From Rhabdothermincola salaria (GTDB lineage Bacteria; Actinomycetota; Acidimicrobiia; Acidimicrobiales; Acidimicrobilacustridaceae): a stretch of 64,000 nt of DNA. How positions within the stretch are numbered: the stretch's first letter is position 1; each line of letters begins with the position of its first letter. This document shows, piece by piece, positions 38,769 through 49,403 of this stretch. The stretch covers positions 1,754,168 through 1,818,167 of the forward strand of contig NZ_JAJQXW010000001.1 in assembly GCF_021246445.1 (NCBI RefSeq). Reading direction: 5' to 3'. Under the pieces are notes generated by a model. It did not search any database and was not told the origin of the DNA. It saw nothing but the letters and a program-made list of their open reading frames with translations. Position numbers and translations under genes: made by a program.

Positions 38769-39836
38769 TCAGCGGAGGTGGAGGCGTCCGGTGCGAGTGG
38801 CGGACCCGGCCGGGTCGGGGGCGAGGACCTCGCCGATGACCGCGGCCGGGTGACCGAGGGCGCGCAGCTCGGCCACGGCGTCGGCGGCCCGGGCGGGGTC
38901 CACACCGAAGACCAGCCCGCCCGAGGTCTGGGCGTCGGCCAGCACGGTGACCGACAGCTCGTCGACGCCGTCGCCCACCACCAGGCGGTCGGCCACGAAC
39001 GCCCGGTTGCGGCCCGATCCTCCCGGCACCACGCCGGCCGCGGCCAGGTCCCTCACCCCTGCGATCACGGGGACGGCGCCGGCCTCCACGGCCACGTCGA
39101 CCCCCGACTCCAGCGCCATGCGGCCCAGGTGGCCGAGGAGTCCGAAGCCGGTGACGTCGGTCGCGCCGGTGGCCCCGGCCGAGAGCGCCACCCGGGCGGC
39201 GTCGGCGTTGAGCACCAGCATGGAGTCGACGGCCGCGGCGGCCACCTCGGGCGGGGCCACGCCGCGCTTGACCGCGGTGGACGCGATGCCGGTGCCCAAC
39301 GCCTTGGTCAGCACCAGGGCCTGGCCGGGCCGTAGCCCGGCGTTGGTGAGCAGCCGGTCGGGGTGGGCCTCGCCCACCACGGCCAGGCCGTACTTGGGCT
39401 CGGGGTCGTCGACGGAGTGCCCTCCCACGATGGCGAAGCCGGCCTCGGCGGCCACGTCACCGGCCCCGGCCAACACCTCCCCCAACAGCTCGGCGGAGAG
39501 CTCGTCGACGTTCCACGCCACCAGGTTGAGGGCGATCAGGGGCCGCCCGCCCATGGCGTAGACGTCGGAGACGGCGTTCACCGCCGCCACCCGGCCCCAG
39601 GTGCGGGCGTCGTCGACGATCGGGGTGAAGAAGTCGGTGGTGAACACCAGGGCCCGATCGTCGTCGAGGCGCCAGACGCCGGCGTCGTCGCCCGTGGCCG
39701 AGCCCACCAGGAGCCGCTCGTCGGTGACCGGTCGCAGGTTGGCGACGACCTCGCCCAGGAGCCCGGGTGGCAGCTTGCAGGCACACCCCGCGCCGTGGCT
39801 GTACTCGGTGAGGCGCTTGGCCGAGGGCGTGGTCAT
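38769..39836 (-). CDS. selD: selenide, water dikinase (selenophosphate synthetase), Cys form
   Basis: SHGAGCACKL, GDDAGV, TTDFFTPIVDD, NAVSDVYAMGG, GGHSV..EPKYG, TDVTGFGLLGH, DAQTSGGL. Confidence 0.95.
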   Translation of the reverse strand: MTTPSAKRLTEYSHGAGCACKLPPGLLGEVVANLRPVTDERLLVGSATGDDAGVWRLDDDRALVFTTDFFTPIVDDARTWGRVAAVNAVSDVYAMGGRPLIALNLVAWNVDELSAELLGEVLAGAGDVAAEAGFAIVGGHSVDDPEPKYGLAVVGEAHPDRLLTNAGLRPGQALVLTKALGTGIASTAVKRGVAPPEVAAAAVDSMLVLNADAARVALSAGATGATDVTGFGLLGHLGRMALESGVDVAVEAGAVPVIAGVRDLAAAGVVPGGSGRNRAFVADRLVVGDGVDELSVTVLADAQTSGGLVFGVDPARAADAVAELRALGHPAAVIGEVLAPDPAGSATRTGRLHLR

Positions 39837-40465
39837 GGGATGCCGATGTCCTTGTGGGTCTGGACGGAGAGCCGCCAGGTCGGGTGCTCGAGGCAGTAGG
39901 CGACGGCCGCCGCGGTGTTGGCCACCCGGTCGGGGCCGTCCATGGGCTGCAACAGGTGGTGGTCGGCGGCGAAGTCCACCCACCGCTCGGGTTCGGCCCC
40001 GGGCTGGGGGACGACCAGCTTGAGCTCGTCGGCCCGCTCGAGGACCACCTCGGCCCCCGCCTTGGGGCTCACGCACACCCAGTCGACGCCGGCGGGCACC
40101 GGCCGGGTGCCGTTGGTCTCGATGGCGATCTCGAGGTCGACGGCGTGCAGGGCGGCCACGGCCGCGTCGTCGAGCTGGAGGGTGGGCTCGCCGCCGGTGC
40201 AGACCACGAAGCCCCGCCCCGGGGACGGCCAGAACGAGCGGACGTGCTCGGCCAGCGCCCGCGCCGACCGGAAGTGGCCGCCGCCGGGGCCGTCGGTGCC
40301 CACGAAGTCGGTGTCGCAGAACCGGCAGACGGCCTGGGCCCGGTGCTCCTCGCGACCGGTCCAGAGGTTGCAGCCCGAGAAGCGGCAGAACACCGCCGGC
40401 CGCCCGCCATGCATGCCCTCGCCCTGAAGGGTGAGGAAGGTCTCCTTGACCAGGTAGGTGCTCAT
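39833..40465 (-). CDS. queE: 7-carboxy-7-deazaguanine synthase (radical SAM, CX14CX2C type)
   Basis: KETFLTLQGEG, RFSGCNLWTGREEHRAQAVCRFCDTDF, TGGEP, ETNGT, WRLSVQTHK. Confidence 0.95.
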   Translation of the reverse strand: MSTYLVKETFLTLQGEGMHGGRPAVFCRFSGCNLWTGREEHRAQAVCRFCDTDFVGTDGPGGGHFRSARALAEHVRSFWPSPGRGFVVCTGGEPTLQLDDAAVAALHAVDLEIAIETNGTRPVPAGVDWVCVSPKAGAEVVLERADELKLVVPQPGAEPERWVDFAADHHLLQPMDGPDRVANTAAAVAYCLEHPTWRLSVQTHKDIGIP

Positions 40466-40550
40466 CGTCGCCCCCTCGGTGCACCCCATCGCCGCGCACG
40501 ACGACGGTGGCGGCCCGGGGGCCGGCCGGGGCAGGAGGAGGCCCCCGCCC

Positions 40551-41309
40551 TCACGGGCGCGCTCTGTCGGCGTAGCGGGTGGGGTCGATCACGTCGGCCT
40601 CGGCGAAACCCCGGGCCCGCAGCAGGCAGGCATCGCAGTGCCCGCAGGCGGCGCCGTCGGGGGCCGGGTCGTAGCAGGTGGAGGTGGCGGCGTAGTCGAC
40701 GCCGAGGGCCACGCCCCAACGGATGATCTCGGCCTTGGTGAGCTCGAGCAGCGGGGCGTGGATCACCAGCCGGTGACCCTCGACCGCGGCGCGGGTGGCC
40801 AGGTTGGCCATGGCCTCGAAGGCGGCGAGGTACTCCGGACGGCAGTCCGGGTACCCCGAGTAGTCGACGGCGTTGACGCCGATGAAGATGTCGCGCGCCC
40901 CGCGGGCCTCGGCCAGGGCGAGGGCGTGGGCCAGGAAGACGGTGTTGCGGGCAGGCACGTAGGTGACCGGGATGTCGCTGCCGTCGGGCCCGTCGCCGAC
41001 GGCGGCGGCCATGGCCTCGGCGTCGACGTGCTTGGGCACGGCGATGGACTCGTCGAGCAGGGCGGAGCCACCGATGCCGCCCAGGTCGATGTCGACGACG
41101 AGGTGCTCAACCCCGGCCGCGTCGGCCACCCCCCGGGCACTGTCCAGCTCGTGGGTGTGGCGCTGGCCGTAGCGGAAGCTGAGCGCCACGGGCGTGAACC
41201 CCTCGGCCCGGGCGATGGCCAGGCAGGTGGTGGAGTCGAGTCCGCCCGAGAGCAAGACGACGGCGACGGGCGGCGGCCCCTCCGGCTCGTCGACCAGGGG
41301 GCCGGTCAC
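40551..41309 (-). CDS. queC: 7-cyano-7-deazaguanine synthase
   Basis: PP-loop [39 protein letters not shown]...CGHCDAC. Confidence 0.96.
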   Translation of the reverse strand: MTGPLVDEPEGPPPVAVVLLSGGLDSTTCLAIARAEGFTPVALSFRYGQRHTHELDSARGVADAAGVEHLVVDIDLGGIGGSALLDESIAVPKHVDAEAMAAAVGDGPDGSDIPVTYVPARNTVFLAHALALAEARGARDIFIGVNAVDYSGYPDCRPEYLAAFEAMANLATRAAVEGHRLVIHAPLLELTKAEIIRWGVALGVDYAATSTCYDPAPDGAACGHCDACLLRARGFAEADVIDPTRYADRARP

Positions 41310-42832
41310 AGCAGATCGGCCCAGCGGTCGAGCTCGGCCCGGCCGGGGTCGGCCAGCACCTCGGGCTGGAGGTCGAGGCGCAGCACCTCGCGCCGGCGAG
41401 GATCGAAGGCCGGCCACGCGGGCAGCCCCTCGGCCGCGGGCACGCCGGTGTGGGCGAAGGCCGTCCAGGCGTCGCGCATGCGGGCGGCGAGGGTGTGCAG
41501 CTCCGGACCGACCGATCCGCCCAGGAACAGCTCGGCCCCACCGCGGTGCAGGTTGTCGAACACGAACGGGATCTCGAGGGCGTGGCAGGACCCCATCACC
41601 CCGCCGAAGGCGGCGGTGGGCCACGTGAACAGGTACTCGTACGCGGCCACACCGGGGGCGGCGGCGCCGTGGTGGGCCTCGAGGAGGCGCACCGTGGGCA
41701 CACGGAACCCGGCGTCGGTGAGCACCGCGCTCCACAGGTCGTCGGGCGTGGCCTCGGGCCGCGAGGCGGCGTAGGTGTCGTGGAACTCGTGGCCGTTGCC
41801 GGCGATGCGGTCGAGGCGCTCGAGCAGCTTGGGGTGGTCGATCCCTCCGGGCGACATGACGCGGAACAGGTTCCACTCGTCGAGGTTGGTGCCGGCCAGC
41901 AACGCCACGTCGGCCGCCGCGCCCTGGCGGATGGCGGTGAGCGGGTCGGTGGGGAGCCACTGGCCGTCGACCACGGGTTGGAACGGCATGGCCAACGCGA
42001 TCCCGGAGCGCCCGGCGAGGCGGGCCGGATCGCGGAACACCCGCCGGGTGACGGCGGCCTCGACGGCGACGAGCTCCTGGGGGGTGGCCTCCAGCACGGC
42101 GGTGAGGTCGGTCGCGCCCAGCTCGGCCAGCACCGTGCCGGTGACCTCGTCGGCCACGTGGGTGGTGAACGTGTTGTGGGCCGCCCCGCTCTGGGCGATG
42201 GCCTTGTGGACCAGCCCCCGGGCGGCGGGCAGGGCCAACAGGGTCGACACGCTCATGGCCCCGGCCGACTCGCCGAAGACGGTGACATTGTCGGGATCGC
42301 CCCCGAAGGCGGCGACGTTGTCGTGCACCCAGGCCAGGGCGGCGGCCTGGTCGAGGATGCCGTTGGTGCCGCTGCTGCGGAACTCCTCGCCGAGCGCGCC
42401 CAGCCACAGGAAGCCGAGGGCGCCGAGGCGGTAGTTCACGCTCACCACCACGACGTCGCCGTGGGTGGCCAGGTGGGTGCCGTCGTACCAGGGCACCGCG
42501 GAGGAGCCGGTGACGAAGCCGCCACCGTGGACCCACACCATGACCGGCCGTCGGGCGTCGTCGCAGGCCGGGGTCTGCACGTTGAGCACCAGGCAGTCCT
42601 CGGACATGTCGAGCTCGGCGTCGCCGAGCATGGCCATGAGACCGCCCTTGTTCTGCCACGACACCGGGCCGAAGTGGCGGGCGTCGCGCACCCCGGCCCA
42701 CGGCTCGGGGGGTTGCGGAGCCCGGAAGCGCCGCTCGCCGACGGGCGGGGCGGCGTAGGGCAGGCCGCGGAAGTTCCAGATGCCGTCGCGCTCGAAGCCC
42801 TCGACCTCGCCCTGGGCGGTGGTGACGATCAT
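41306..42832 (-). CDS. type-B carboxylesterase/lipase (PnbA-like)
   Basis: [41 protein letters not shown]; stop overlaps queC start. Confidence 0.92.
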   Translation of the reverse strand: MIVTTAQGEVEGFERDGIWNFRGLPYAAPPVGERRFRAPQPPEPWAGVRDARHFGPVSWQNKGGLMAMLGDAELDMSEDCLVLNVQTPACDDARRPVMVWVHGGGFVTGSSAVPWYDGTHLATHGDVVVVSVNYRLGALGFLWLGALGEEFRSSGTNGILDQAAALAWVHDNVAAFGGDPDNVTVFGESAGAMSVSTLLALPAARGLVHKAIAQSGAAHNTFTTHVADEVTGTVLAELGATDLTAVLEATPQELVAVEAAVTRRVFRDPARLAGRSGIALAMPFQPVVDGQWLPTDPLTAIRQGAAADVALLAGTNLDEWNLFRVMSPGGIDHPKLLERLDRIAGNGHEFHDTYAASRPEATPDDLWSAVLTDAGFRVPTVRLLEAHHGAAAPGVAAYEYLFTWPTAAFGGVMGSCHALEIPFVFDNLHRGGAELFLGGSVGPELHTLAARMRDAWTAFAHTGVPAAEGLPAWPAFDPRRREVLRLDLQPEVLADPGRAELDRWADLL

Positions 42833-42843
42833 GGGCACCGACG

Positions 42844-44370
42844 CTACCGGCCGGGCTCGACCCCGCCGCCGCCGCCCGGGTCGGGCTCGGAGCCGGGACC
42901 GGGACCAGCGCTGGGCTCGGCGTCGGGGCCAGGGCCGGGGTCGGGCCCGGTGAGGCGGTCCACCCGGGCGCTGAGCTCGTCGACCTCGGCGAACAGGGCG
43001 GCCAGCGGGTCGGGCCCCTCGCCGACCCCGGCACCGCTGGCGGGAGCACGCCCGGCACCGCTGGCGCGAGCCGCGCTCGGCTCGGCGGCCCGGTCCCGAC
43101 CTCCCCGCCGACGCCGGCGCCGCGCCAGCACCACGACCGCCACCAGCGCCACGACCACCAGCGCCACGAGCGCGATCAGCACCGTGCTGGTCGCCGTCGC
43201 CTCGCGCACGGCGCCGGTCTCGGCGTCCGCGTCGGGGGCGGCCGCCACCAGCGCCGTGTCGAACCAGGCCATGGTGCCCACCACGCCGGCCGCCTGCAGC
43301 GCCCGACCGTCGTCGAGGGCCACGGTGCGGGTGACCCCGACGGCGGTCGTGGCCCGTTCCAGCACCGGCCCGCCCAAGGCCACGTCGAGCGCCTCGACGT
43401 CGAAGGTGACCGTCGCCGGTGCTCCCGGGTCCGTGGGCGACGGTCCGGACACCAACCACGGCGAGGTCCCCGGCTCGGCCACCACCACCTCGCCGTCGGC
43501 CGGCACCAGGCGCACCTCGCCGGTGCCTCGGTCGATCTCGACGCGGTCGGTGCGGGCCCCGCCGTCGTCGCTGTCGCGGGTGACCAGTACCGTGTCGACG
43601 ACGCCGGCCACCCCCACGCCGCCCACGTCGAGAGGTACGGGATCGGTGGTGACGACCTCGAGCCCCCGCCCCACCACGGCGAGCGTGGGCCGGGGGCCCG
43701 GCAGGCTCACGGGGCCGGCGTCGCCGTCGGCGACCACCGCAGCCACCGGGGCCACCCCGAGCGCCGGCCCCGGGCGGGTGCCGAGCAGGTCCACCAGCGC
43801 GAACCACGAGCTGGTCGAGGTGACGGACGCGCCGTCGACGGTGGCCTCGACCTGCACCCACACGACGGCGTCGGCCCCCGCCTCGTCGAGGGGCACCTCC
43901 ACGGTGACGCGCCCGCCGTCGCCCACCGCCACGGTGCCCGGACCGAGCTCGTCCCAGCGGACGCCGTCGCCGCGCTCCACCAGACCCGACACGGTCTGGT
44001 CCACCGCCACCGCCGAGACCCGGGTGCGGACGCCGAGAGGGTCGCCCACCGACACCGACACCCGCCACGGAGGCCCCCCGGGGCCTGCCGCCGAGGCCAG
44101 GTCCACCACCACCGAGGCCTGCGAGCCGTCCGCCGGCGGGGCCGGATCGATCCAGAAGCGGGAGACGGCGACCTCGGGCGGGGCGGCGGGGTCCGTCGTG
44201 ACCGGCGCCCAGCGCTCGGCCCCCACCCCCGAGGGCTCCTGGGCCCCCACCGGGACCGGACCCGGGCCGACGCCGGCCCCGCCCACCCCGACGAGCACGA
44301 TCGCCACCACCACGGCCCGGACCACGCGGGCCGCGAACCGTCTCCCGGGCTCGACGGCGGACGCGGACAT
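42844..44370 (-). CDS. hypothetical exported protein with C-terminal TM anchor
   Basis: Signal-peptide-like N terminus, beta-rich body, TM segment followed by RRRRRR, Pro/Gly-rich tail. Confidence 0.6.
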   Translation of the reverse strand: MSASAVEPGRRFAARVVRAVVVAIVLVGVGGAGVGPGPVPVGAQEPSGVGAERWAPVTTDPAAPPEVAVSRFWIDPAPPADGSQASVVVDLASAAGPGGPPWRVSVSVGDPLGVRTRVSAVAVDQTVSGLVERGDGVRWDELGPGTVAVGDGGRVTVEVPLDEAGADAVVWVQVEATVDGASVTSTSSWFALVDLLGTRPGPALGVAPVAAVVADGDAGPVSLPGPRPTLAVVGRGLEVVTTDPVPLDVGGVGVAGVVDTVLVTRDSDDGGARTDRVEIDRGTGEVRLVPADGEVVVAEPGTSPWLVSGPSPTDPGAPATVTFDVEALDVALGGPVLERATTAVGVTRTVALDDGRALQAAGVVGTMAWFDTALVAAAPDADAETGAVREATATSTVLIALVALVVVALVAVVVLARRRRRRGGRDRAAEPSAARASGAGRAPASGAGVGEGPDPLAALFAEVDELSARVDRLTGPDPGPGPDAEPSAGPGPGSEPDPGGGGGVEPGR

Positions 44371-44479
44371 GCGATGAGTCTGCCAGCCACCGCCCGGCGC
44401 GCCGACCCCTCGGCGGCCGCCTCCGACGTGCGGGTCGCGGTGTGGGCTCACTCCCTCCCGGCCCGTAGGCTGCCCGCCC

Positions 44480-45979
44480 GTGACCCGTCGCTCGTTGCTG
44501 CCCATCGCCGTGATCGGCGGCGTGGCGCTCGGCGCGCTCGGCGCCCTCGTCGCCACCCGAGCGGGCCGGCCGTCGCGCTCCGCAGGCGGGCGCCGCGGCC
44601 ACCGCACGGCCCGCAACCTGCGCCTGGCCACCCTGGGGGCCCGCACCGGTGGTTCCTACGCCACCCACCGGGCCCGCCGGCTCTTCGCCGACGCCGAAGA
44701 GCGCCGCCAGCTCGACACCGCCTTCGAGCTCAAGACCGCCGAGCAGGTCACCGAAGCGCTGGGCCACATGAAGGGCGCCCTCATGAAGCTGGGCCAGATG
44801 GCCAGCTACCTCGACCAGGGCCTGCCCGAGCACGTACGCACCGCGCTGGCCGACCTCCAGCACCACGCCCCACCGATGAGCGCCGAGCTCGCTGCCGGCA
44901 TGGTCCGCGACGAGCTGGGCGCCTCCCCCGAGGAGCTCTTCGCCGAGTGGGACCCGGTGCCCATCGCCTCGGCGTCCATCGGCCAGGTCCACCGGGCCAT
45001 CACCCGCGACGGCCGGGCCGTGGCGGTGAAGGTGCAGTACCCGGGGGTGGCCGACGCGGTGGCCGCCGACCTCGACAACGCCGGGCTCATCTTCGCCGGC
45101 CTCGGCCAGGTCTTCGCCGGGCTCGACCACGAGTCGCTGGTGGGCGAGCTGCGCGAGCGGCTGCTCGAGGAGCTCGACTACGAGATCGAGGCCACCAACC
45201 AGACCCTCTTCGCCGAGGCCTACGCCGGCCATCCCACCATCCACGTGCCGGCCGTGCTCCCCGAGCTGTCGAGCCGGCGGGTGCTGGTGACCGAGATGGC
45301 CGAGGGCGTGCGCTGGGACGAGCTGCTCACGTGGAGCCAGCAGGAGAAGGACCTGGCCGCCGAGACCCTGTACCGCTTCGCCTTCGGCAGCCTCTACCGG
45401 CTGGCCGCCTTCAACGGCGACCCCCACCCCGGCAACTACCTCTTCCGTCCGGGAGGGCGCGTCACCTTCCTCGACTTCGGCCTCGTGAAGCACTTCACCC
45501 CCGAGGAGCTGGCCGACTTCGCCGAGATGATCCGCCACATCGTGGTCGATCCCGACCCGGCCGCCTTCCGGGCCTCCGTCGAGCGCATCGGCCTGCTGCC
45601 CGCCGGTCTGCCCGTCACCGACGAAGAGGTGCTCGACTACCTGGGGCACTTCTACGAGTTCGTGGCCGAGGACGGCGTCTACCAGATCACCCCGGCGTAC
45701 GCCTCGGAGACGGTGCGCCGCTTCTTCGACACCTCGGGGCCCTACGCGGTGATGCAGAAGGCGGCCAACCTGCCGCCCAGCTTCGTGGTGATCCAGCGCA
45801 TCAGCCTCGGGCTGTACGCCTTGTTCGGCGACCTGCGGGCCACCGGCAACTGGCGCCGCCTGGCCGAGGAGCTCTGGCCCTTCGTGGGGCGGCCGCCGTG
45901 CACCCCGATGGGCGAGGAGATCGACCGATGGCGTCGCGCCCGCGCCGCCGACCCCGACATGGAGGCCACCCTCGTATGA
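44480..45979 (+). CDS. ABC1/UbiB/AarF family atypical kinase
   Basis: MKGALMKLGQ, ASASIGQVH, VAVKVQYPG, EELDY, DPHPGN, LDFG. Confidence 0.93.
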   Translation: MTRRSLLPIAVIGGVALGALGALVATRAGRPSRSAGGRRGHRTARNLRLATLGARTGGSYATHRARRLFADAEERRQLDTAFELKTAEQVTEALGHMKGALMKLGQMASYLDQGLPEHVRTALADLQHHAPPMSAELAAGMVRDELGASPEELFAEWDPVPIASASIGQVHRAITRDGRAVAVKVQYPGVADAVAADLDNAGLIFAGLGQVFAGLDHESLVGELRERLLEELDYEIEATNQTLFAEAYAGHPTIHVPAVLPELSSRRVLVTEMAEGVRWDELLTWSQQEKDLAAETLYRFAFGSLYRLAAFNGDPHPGNYLFRPGGRVTFLDFGLVKHFTPEELADFAEMIRHIVVDPDPAAFRASVERIGLLPAGLPVTDEEVLDYLGHFYEFVAEDGVYQITPAYASETVRRFFDTSGPYAVMQKAANLPPSFVVIQRISLGLYALFGDLRATGNWRRLAEELWPFVGRPPCTPMGEEIDRWRRARAADPDMEATLV

Positions 45980-47286
45980 CGAGCACCCACGACGACTGGG
46001 TCCACCGCGACGCCGCCGTCGTCTGGCACGGGTTCACCCAGATGTCCGCCTACGCCGACAACGCACCGATCATGGTGGAGTCGGCCGAGGGCCACGAGCT
46101 GATCGACGTCGACGGTCGCCGCTACCTCGACGCCATCTCGTCGCTGTGGGTGACCACCCTGGGCCACCGGGTGCCCGAGCTCGACCAGGCCCTGCGCGAC
46201 CAGCTCGACCGGGTGGCCCACACGACCCTGCTGGGCAACGGCAACCGCGTCACCGTCGAGCTGGCCGAGGCGCTCGCCCCCCTCGTGCCGGTCGACGACC
46301 CCCACTTCCTGTTCGCCTCCGACGGCGCCGCGGCCGTGGAGCAGGCTCTCAAGATCGCCTTCCAGTACTGGACCAACCAGGGCATCGGCGACCGCACCCG
46401 CTATCTGGCGCTGGGCGGGGCGTACCACGGCGACACCATCGGGGCCATCTCCCTCGGCGCCGGTGGTTTCGGCACCGACGTCTTCGACCCGTTGCGCTTC
46501 GGGGTGCTGCGCGCCCCCGGCTACGACCGCCCCGACTGGGCCGACACCGCCGTCGCCCTGGTCGAGGCGCACGCCCACGAGCTGGCCGCCGTCGTCGTCG
46601 AGCCGCTGGTGCAGGGGGCCGCCGGCATCGAGGTCACCGACCCCGCATCGGTGCGGCGCCTGGTCGACGCCGCCCAGGCCCACGACGTGTTGGTCATCGC
46701 CGACGAGGTGGCCACCGGGTTCGGTCGCACCGGCACCTTGTTCGCCAGCGAGCAGTGCGGCATCCGGCCCGACCTGATGACCATCGGCAAGGGCCTCACC
46801 GGCGGCTACCTGGCCATGGCCGCCACCGTGGCCTCGCCCCGGGTCCACGACGCCTTCCTCGGGCCCGACCTGAGCGAGCGCACGCTCTACCACGGGCACT
46901 CCTTCTCGGGGAACGCCCTCGCCGCCGCGGTCGCCCTGCGCCACCTGCACCTCCTCGACGAGTGGGACGTGCTGGACAACGTCCGGGCCCGGGCCGACCA
47001 GCTCGGCGCCGCCCTCGACGAGCGGATCGCCCCGCTCGGGGAGGTGGAGGCCGTGCGCCGGCGCGGGCTGATGACGGGAGTGGAGCTGGCCCCACCCGGC
47101 GACGACCTGCGCTGGGGCCGCCGGGTGTGCGCCGCCGCCGTGCGCCGCGGCGTGCTCTTGCGACCCCTCGGCGACGTCGTCGTGGTCATGCCCATGCTCA
47201 CCTCCACCGCCACCGAGATCGACCGCATCGTCGACGTGCTGGCCGCCGCCATCGCCGAGGTCGGCGCCGACCCGGGGCCACCGTGA
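45976..47286 (+). CDS. bioA: adenosylmethionine-8-amino-7-oxononanoate aminotransferase
   Basis: VWHGFTQM, DAISSLW, YHGDTIGA, EPLVQGAAG, DEVATGFGRTG, GKGLTGGY, HGHSFSGN. Confidence 0.93.
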   Translation: MTSTHDDWVHRDAAVVWHGFTQMSAYADNAPIMVESAEGHELIDVDGRRYLDAISSLWVTTLGHRVPELDQALRDQLDRVAHTTLLGNGNRVTVELAEALAPLVPVDDPHFLFASDGAAAVEQALKIAFQYWTNQGIGDRTRYLALGGAYHGDTIGAISLGAGGFGTDVFDPLRFGVLRAPGYDRPDWADTAVALVEAHAHELAAVVVEPLVQGAAGIEVTDPASVRRLVDAAQAHDVLVIADEVATGFGRTGTLFASEQCGIRPDLMTIGKGLTGGYLAMAATVASPRVHDAFLGPDLSERTLYHGHSFSGNALAAAVALRHLHLLDEWDVLDNVRARADQLGAALDERIAPLGEVEAVRRRGLMTGVELAPPGDDLRWGRRVCAAAVRRGVLLRPLGDVVVVMPMLTSTATEIDRIVDVLAAAIAEVGADPGPP

Positions 47287-48455
47287 CCCCCGAGGCCACG
47301 ACGGAACCCTGGCGCGCCTGGGTCGACACGGCCAACGACCGGGTGCGGGCCGCCGGCCAATGGCGCGCCCCCCGGGCCTTCGACGCCGCCGGCCCCGAGG
47401 GCACCCTCACCGCCACCGGCGACAGGGTCGTGTCCTTCGCCTCCAACGACTACCTGGGCCTCTCCCAGCACCCGGCAGTGGTCGGCGCCGCCCACGACGC
47501 CCTCGACCGATGGGGCGCGGGCGCCGGCGCCGCCCGCCTGATCGTCGGCTCCCGGCCCGTGCACCACGACCTCGAGGACGCCCTGGCCGAGTGGCGCGGC
47601 ACCGAGGCCGCGGTGGTCTTCCCCACCGGCTTCGCCGCCAACCTGGGGGTGCTGTCCACCCTCGCCGGCCCCGGGGTGCGCATCTGCTCCGATGCGCTCA
47701 ACCACGCCTCCATCATCGACGGGTGCCGTCTGGCCCGGGCCAACGGAGCCGACGTCCGGGTGTTCGCCCACCGCGACCTCGACGCCCTCGACGCTCTGCT
47801 CGCCGAGCCCGGGGCCGAGCGTCTGGTGGTGGTCACCGACACGGTCTTCTCCATGGACGGCGACGTGGCCGACGTTGACGGGCTCGTCGCCCTGTGCGAT
47901 CGCCACGGGGCCCTGCTCGTCCTCGACGAGGCCCACGCCGTGCTGCAGGACCCGCCGTCCGTGCCCTCCGGTGGTCCCGTCGTGGTGCAGGTGGGCACGC
48001 TCTCCAAGACGCTCGGTGCCCTGGGCGGCTTCGTGGCCGGGCCCCGGTCGGTGGTCGACCTGCTCGTCAACCGGGCCCGCTCCTACATCTTCACCACGGC
48101 CTCGAGCCCCGCCGACACCGCGGCCGCCCTGGCGGCGGTCGGCGTGGTCACCTCGCCCGAGGGGGAGGCCCGACGCGACCGCCTGCGGACCCACGTGGCC
48201 CGGTTGCGCCCCGGCCACCCGAGCCCGGTGGTGGCGGTCCTGCTCGGCGAGGAGGCGGCCGCCCTCGATGCGGCCGCCCGACTGCTCGACGCCGGCCTGC
48301 TGGTGCCGGCCATCCGCCCTCCCACCGTCGCCCCCGGCACCAGCCGATTGCGCGTCGCCCTGTCGGCGGCCCACACCGACGACCAGCTCGACCGGCTCCT
48401 CTCCGCCCTGTCGGACCTGCCCGTCGCCACCACGGCTCCCGGGGGGCCGGCGTGA
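47283..48455 (+). CDS. bioF: 8-amino-7-oxononanoate synthase
   Basis: FASNDYLGL, DALNHASIIDG, VFSMDGD, DEAH, GTLSK, AIRPPTV. Confidence 0.93.
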   Translation: MTPEATTEPWRAWVDTANDRVRAAGQWRAPRAFDAAGPEGTLTATGDRVVSFASNDYLGLSQHPAVVGAAHDALDRWGAGAGAARLIVGSRPVHHDLEDALAEWRGTEAAVVFPTGFAANLGVLSTLAGPGVRICSDALNHASIIDGCRLARANGADVRVFAHRDLDALDALLAEPGAERLVVVTDTVFSMDGDVADVDGLVALCDRHGALLVLDEAHAVLQDPPSVPSGGPVVVQVGTLSKTLGALGGFVAGPRSVVDLLVNRARSYIFTTASSPADTAAALAAVGVVTSPEGEARRDRLRTHVARLRPGHPSPVVAVLLGEEAAALDAAARLLDAGLLVPAIRPPTVAPGTSRLRVALSAAHTDDQLDRLLSALSDLPVATTAPGGPA

Positions 48456-49105
48456 AGCTCGTCGTGGTGGTGGGCACCGGCACCGAGGTGGGCAAGACCT
48501 GGGTGTCGGCTCGCCTGCTGCGCGACCTGCGCGCCGAGGGCCACGAGGTGTCGGCCCGCAAGCCGGCGCAGTCGTTCGATCCCGACGACCGCTCCACCGA
48601 CGCCCACGTGCTGGCCCGAGCCACCGGCGAGGACCCCGCTGACGTCTGCCCCCGGCACCGCTGGTACCCGGTGGCCATGGCCCCGCCGATGGCGGCCGAG
48701 GCGCTCGGGCGCCCCCGCTTCACCGTCGACGACCTGGCCGCCGAGACGATCTGGCCCGTCCCCCCGCCCGCGCTGGGTTTGGCCGAGACGGCCGGCGGGG
48801 TGCGCTCTCCCCACGCCACCGACGGCGACGCCGTCTCCTACGTGGAGGCGCTGCAGCCCGAGGTGGTGCTGGTGGTGGCCGACGCCGGTCTGGGCACCAT
48901 CAACGGCACCCGCCTCACCCTCGAAGCCCTCGACCGGGGCGCCCACGTGGCCACCCCGCTGGTCTTCCTGAACCGCTTCGACGCCGCCGACGAGCTCCAC
49001 CGACGCAACAAGGCCTGGCTCGACGCCCACCTCGACGTCGAGGTCATCGTGACCGTGGCGGGTCTCGTCAGATGGTTCGACCCTTGGCTTGCTCCGCAGC
49101 GATGA
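48452..49105 (+). CDS. bioD: dethiobiotin synthetase
   Basis: GTGTEVGKT, RKPAQS, ETAGG, LGTIN; GTGA overlap with bioF. Confidence 0.92.
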   Translation: MKLVVVVGTGTEVGKTWVSARLLRDLRAEGHEVSARKPAQSFDPDDRSTDAHVLARATGEDPADVCPRHRWYPVAMAPPMAAEALGRPRFTVDDLAAETIWPVPPPALGLAETAGGVRSPHATDGDAVSYVEALQPEVVLVVADAGLGTINGTRLTLEALDRGAHVATPLVFLNRFDAADELHRRNKAWLDAHLDVEVIVTVAGLVRWFDPWLAPQR

Positions 49106-49325
49106 AGGCGACGAGGCCGTCGACGTCGCCCTCGTGCCCCTCCTCGAAGTAGGCCCGGGTCCAGGCGTCGACCTCGTCGTCGGTGAACCCGTCGCCCTTC
49201 AACCGGCCGCGGGCCTCGTTGGCCAGCAGGTGGGCCCCTTCGATGTCGACCTGGGGCAGCTCGGGGTCGGTGAGGCCTTCATCCTCGGGGCGGTCGGGCT
49301 GGATGTCGTCGCGAGACGTGGTCAT
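49068..49325 (-). CDS. small acidic hypothetical protein (85 aa)
   Basis: GGGAG RBS before ATG 49325; natural-looking composition; overlaps bioD 3' end convergently. Confidence 0.55.
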   Translation of the reverse strand: MTTSRDDIQPDRPEDEGLTDPELPQVDIEGAHLLANEARGRLKGDGFTDDEVDAWTRAYFEEGHEGDVDGLVAFIAAEQAKGRTI

Positions 49326-49403
49326 CGAGGGGACTCCCATTCGAACGGGGGGGTCGCCGCACCCTGCGGCGGACCGGGCGGTCGTGGACGTACGGCTCAA
49401 CCA

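Noticed and set aside
39770..39800. Selenocysteine in SelD
   Set aside because: Motif reads GAGCACK with Cys codons; no in-frame TGA
40551..41309. QueC-like defence protein (QatC/Cap9) or dpd island
   Set aside because: Sequence is a canonical QueC beside QueE; no QatA/TatD, CBASS or dpdA genes nearby
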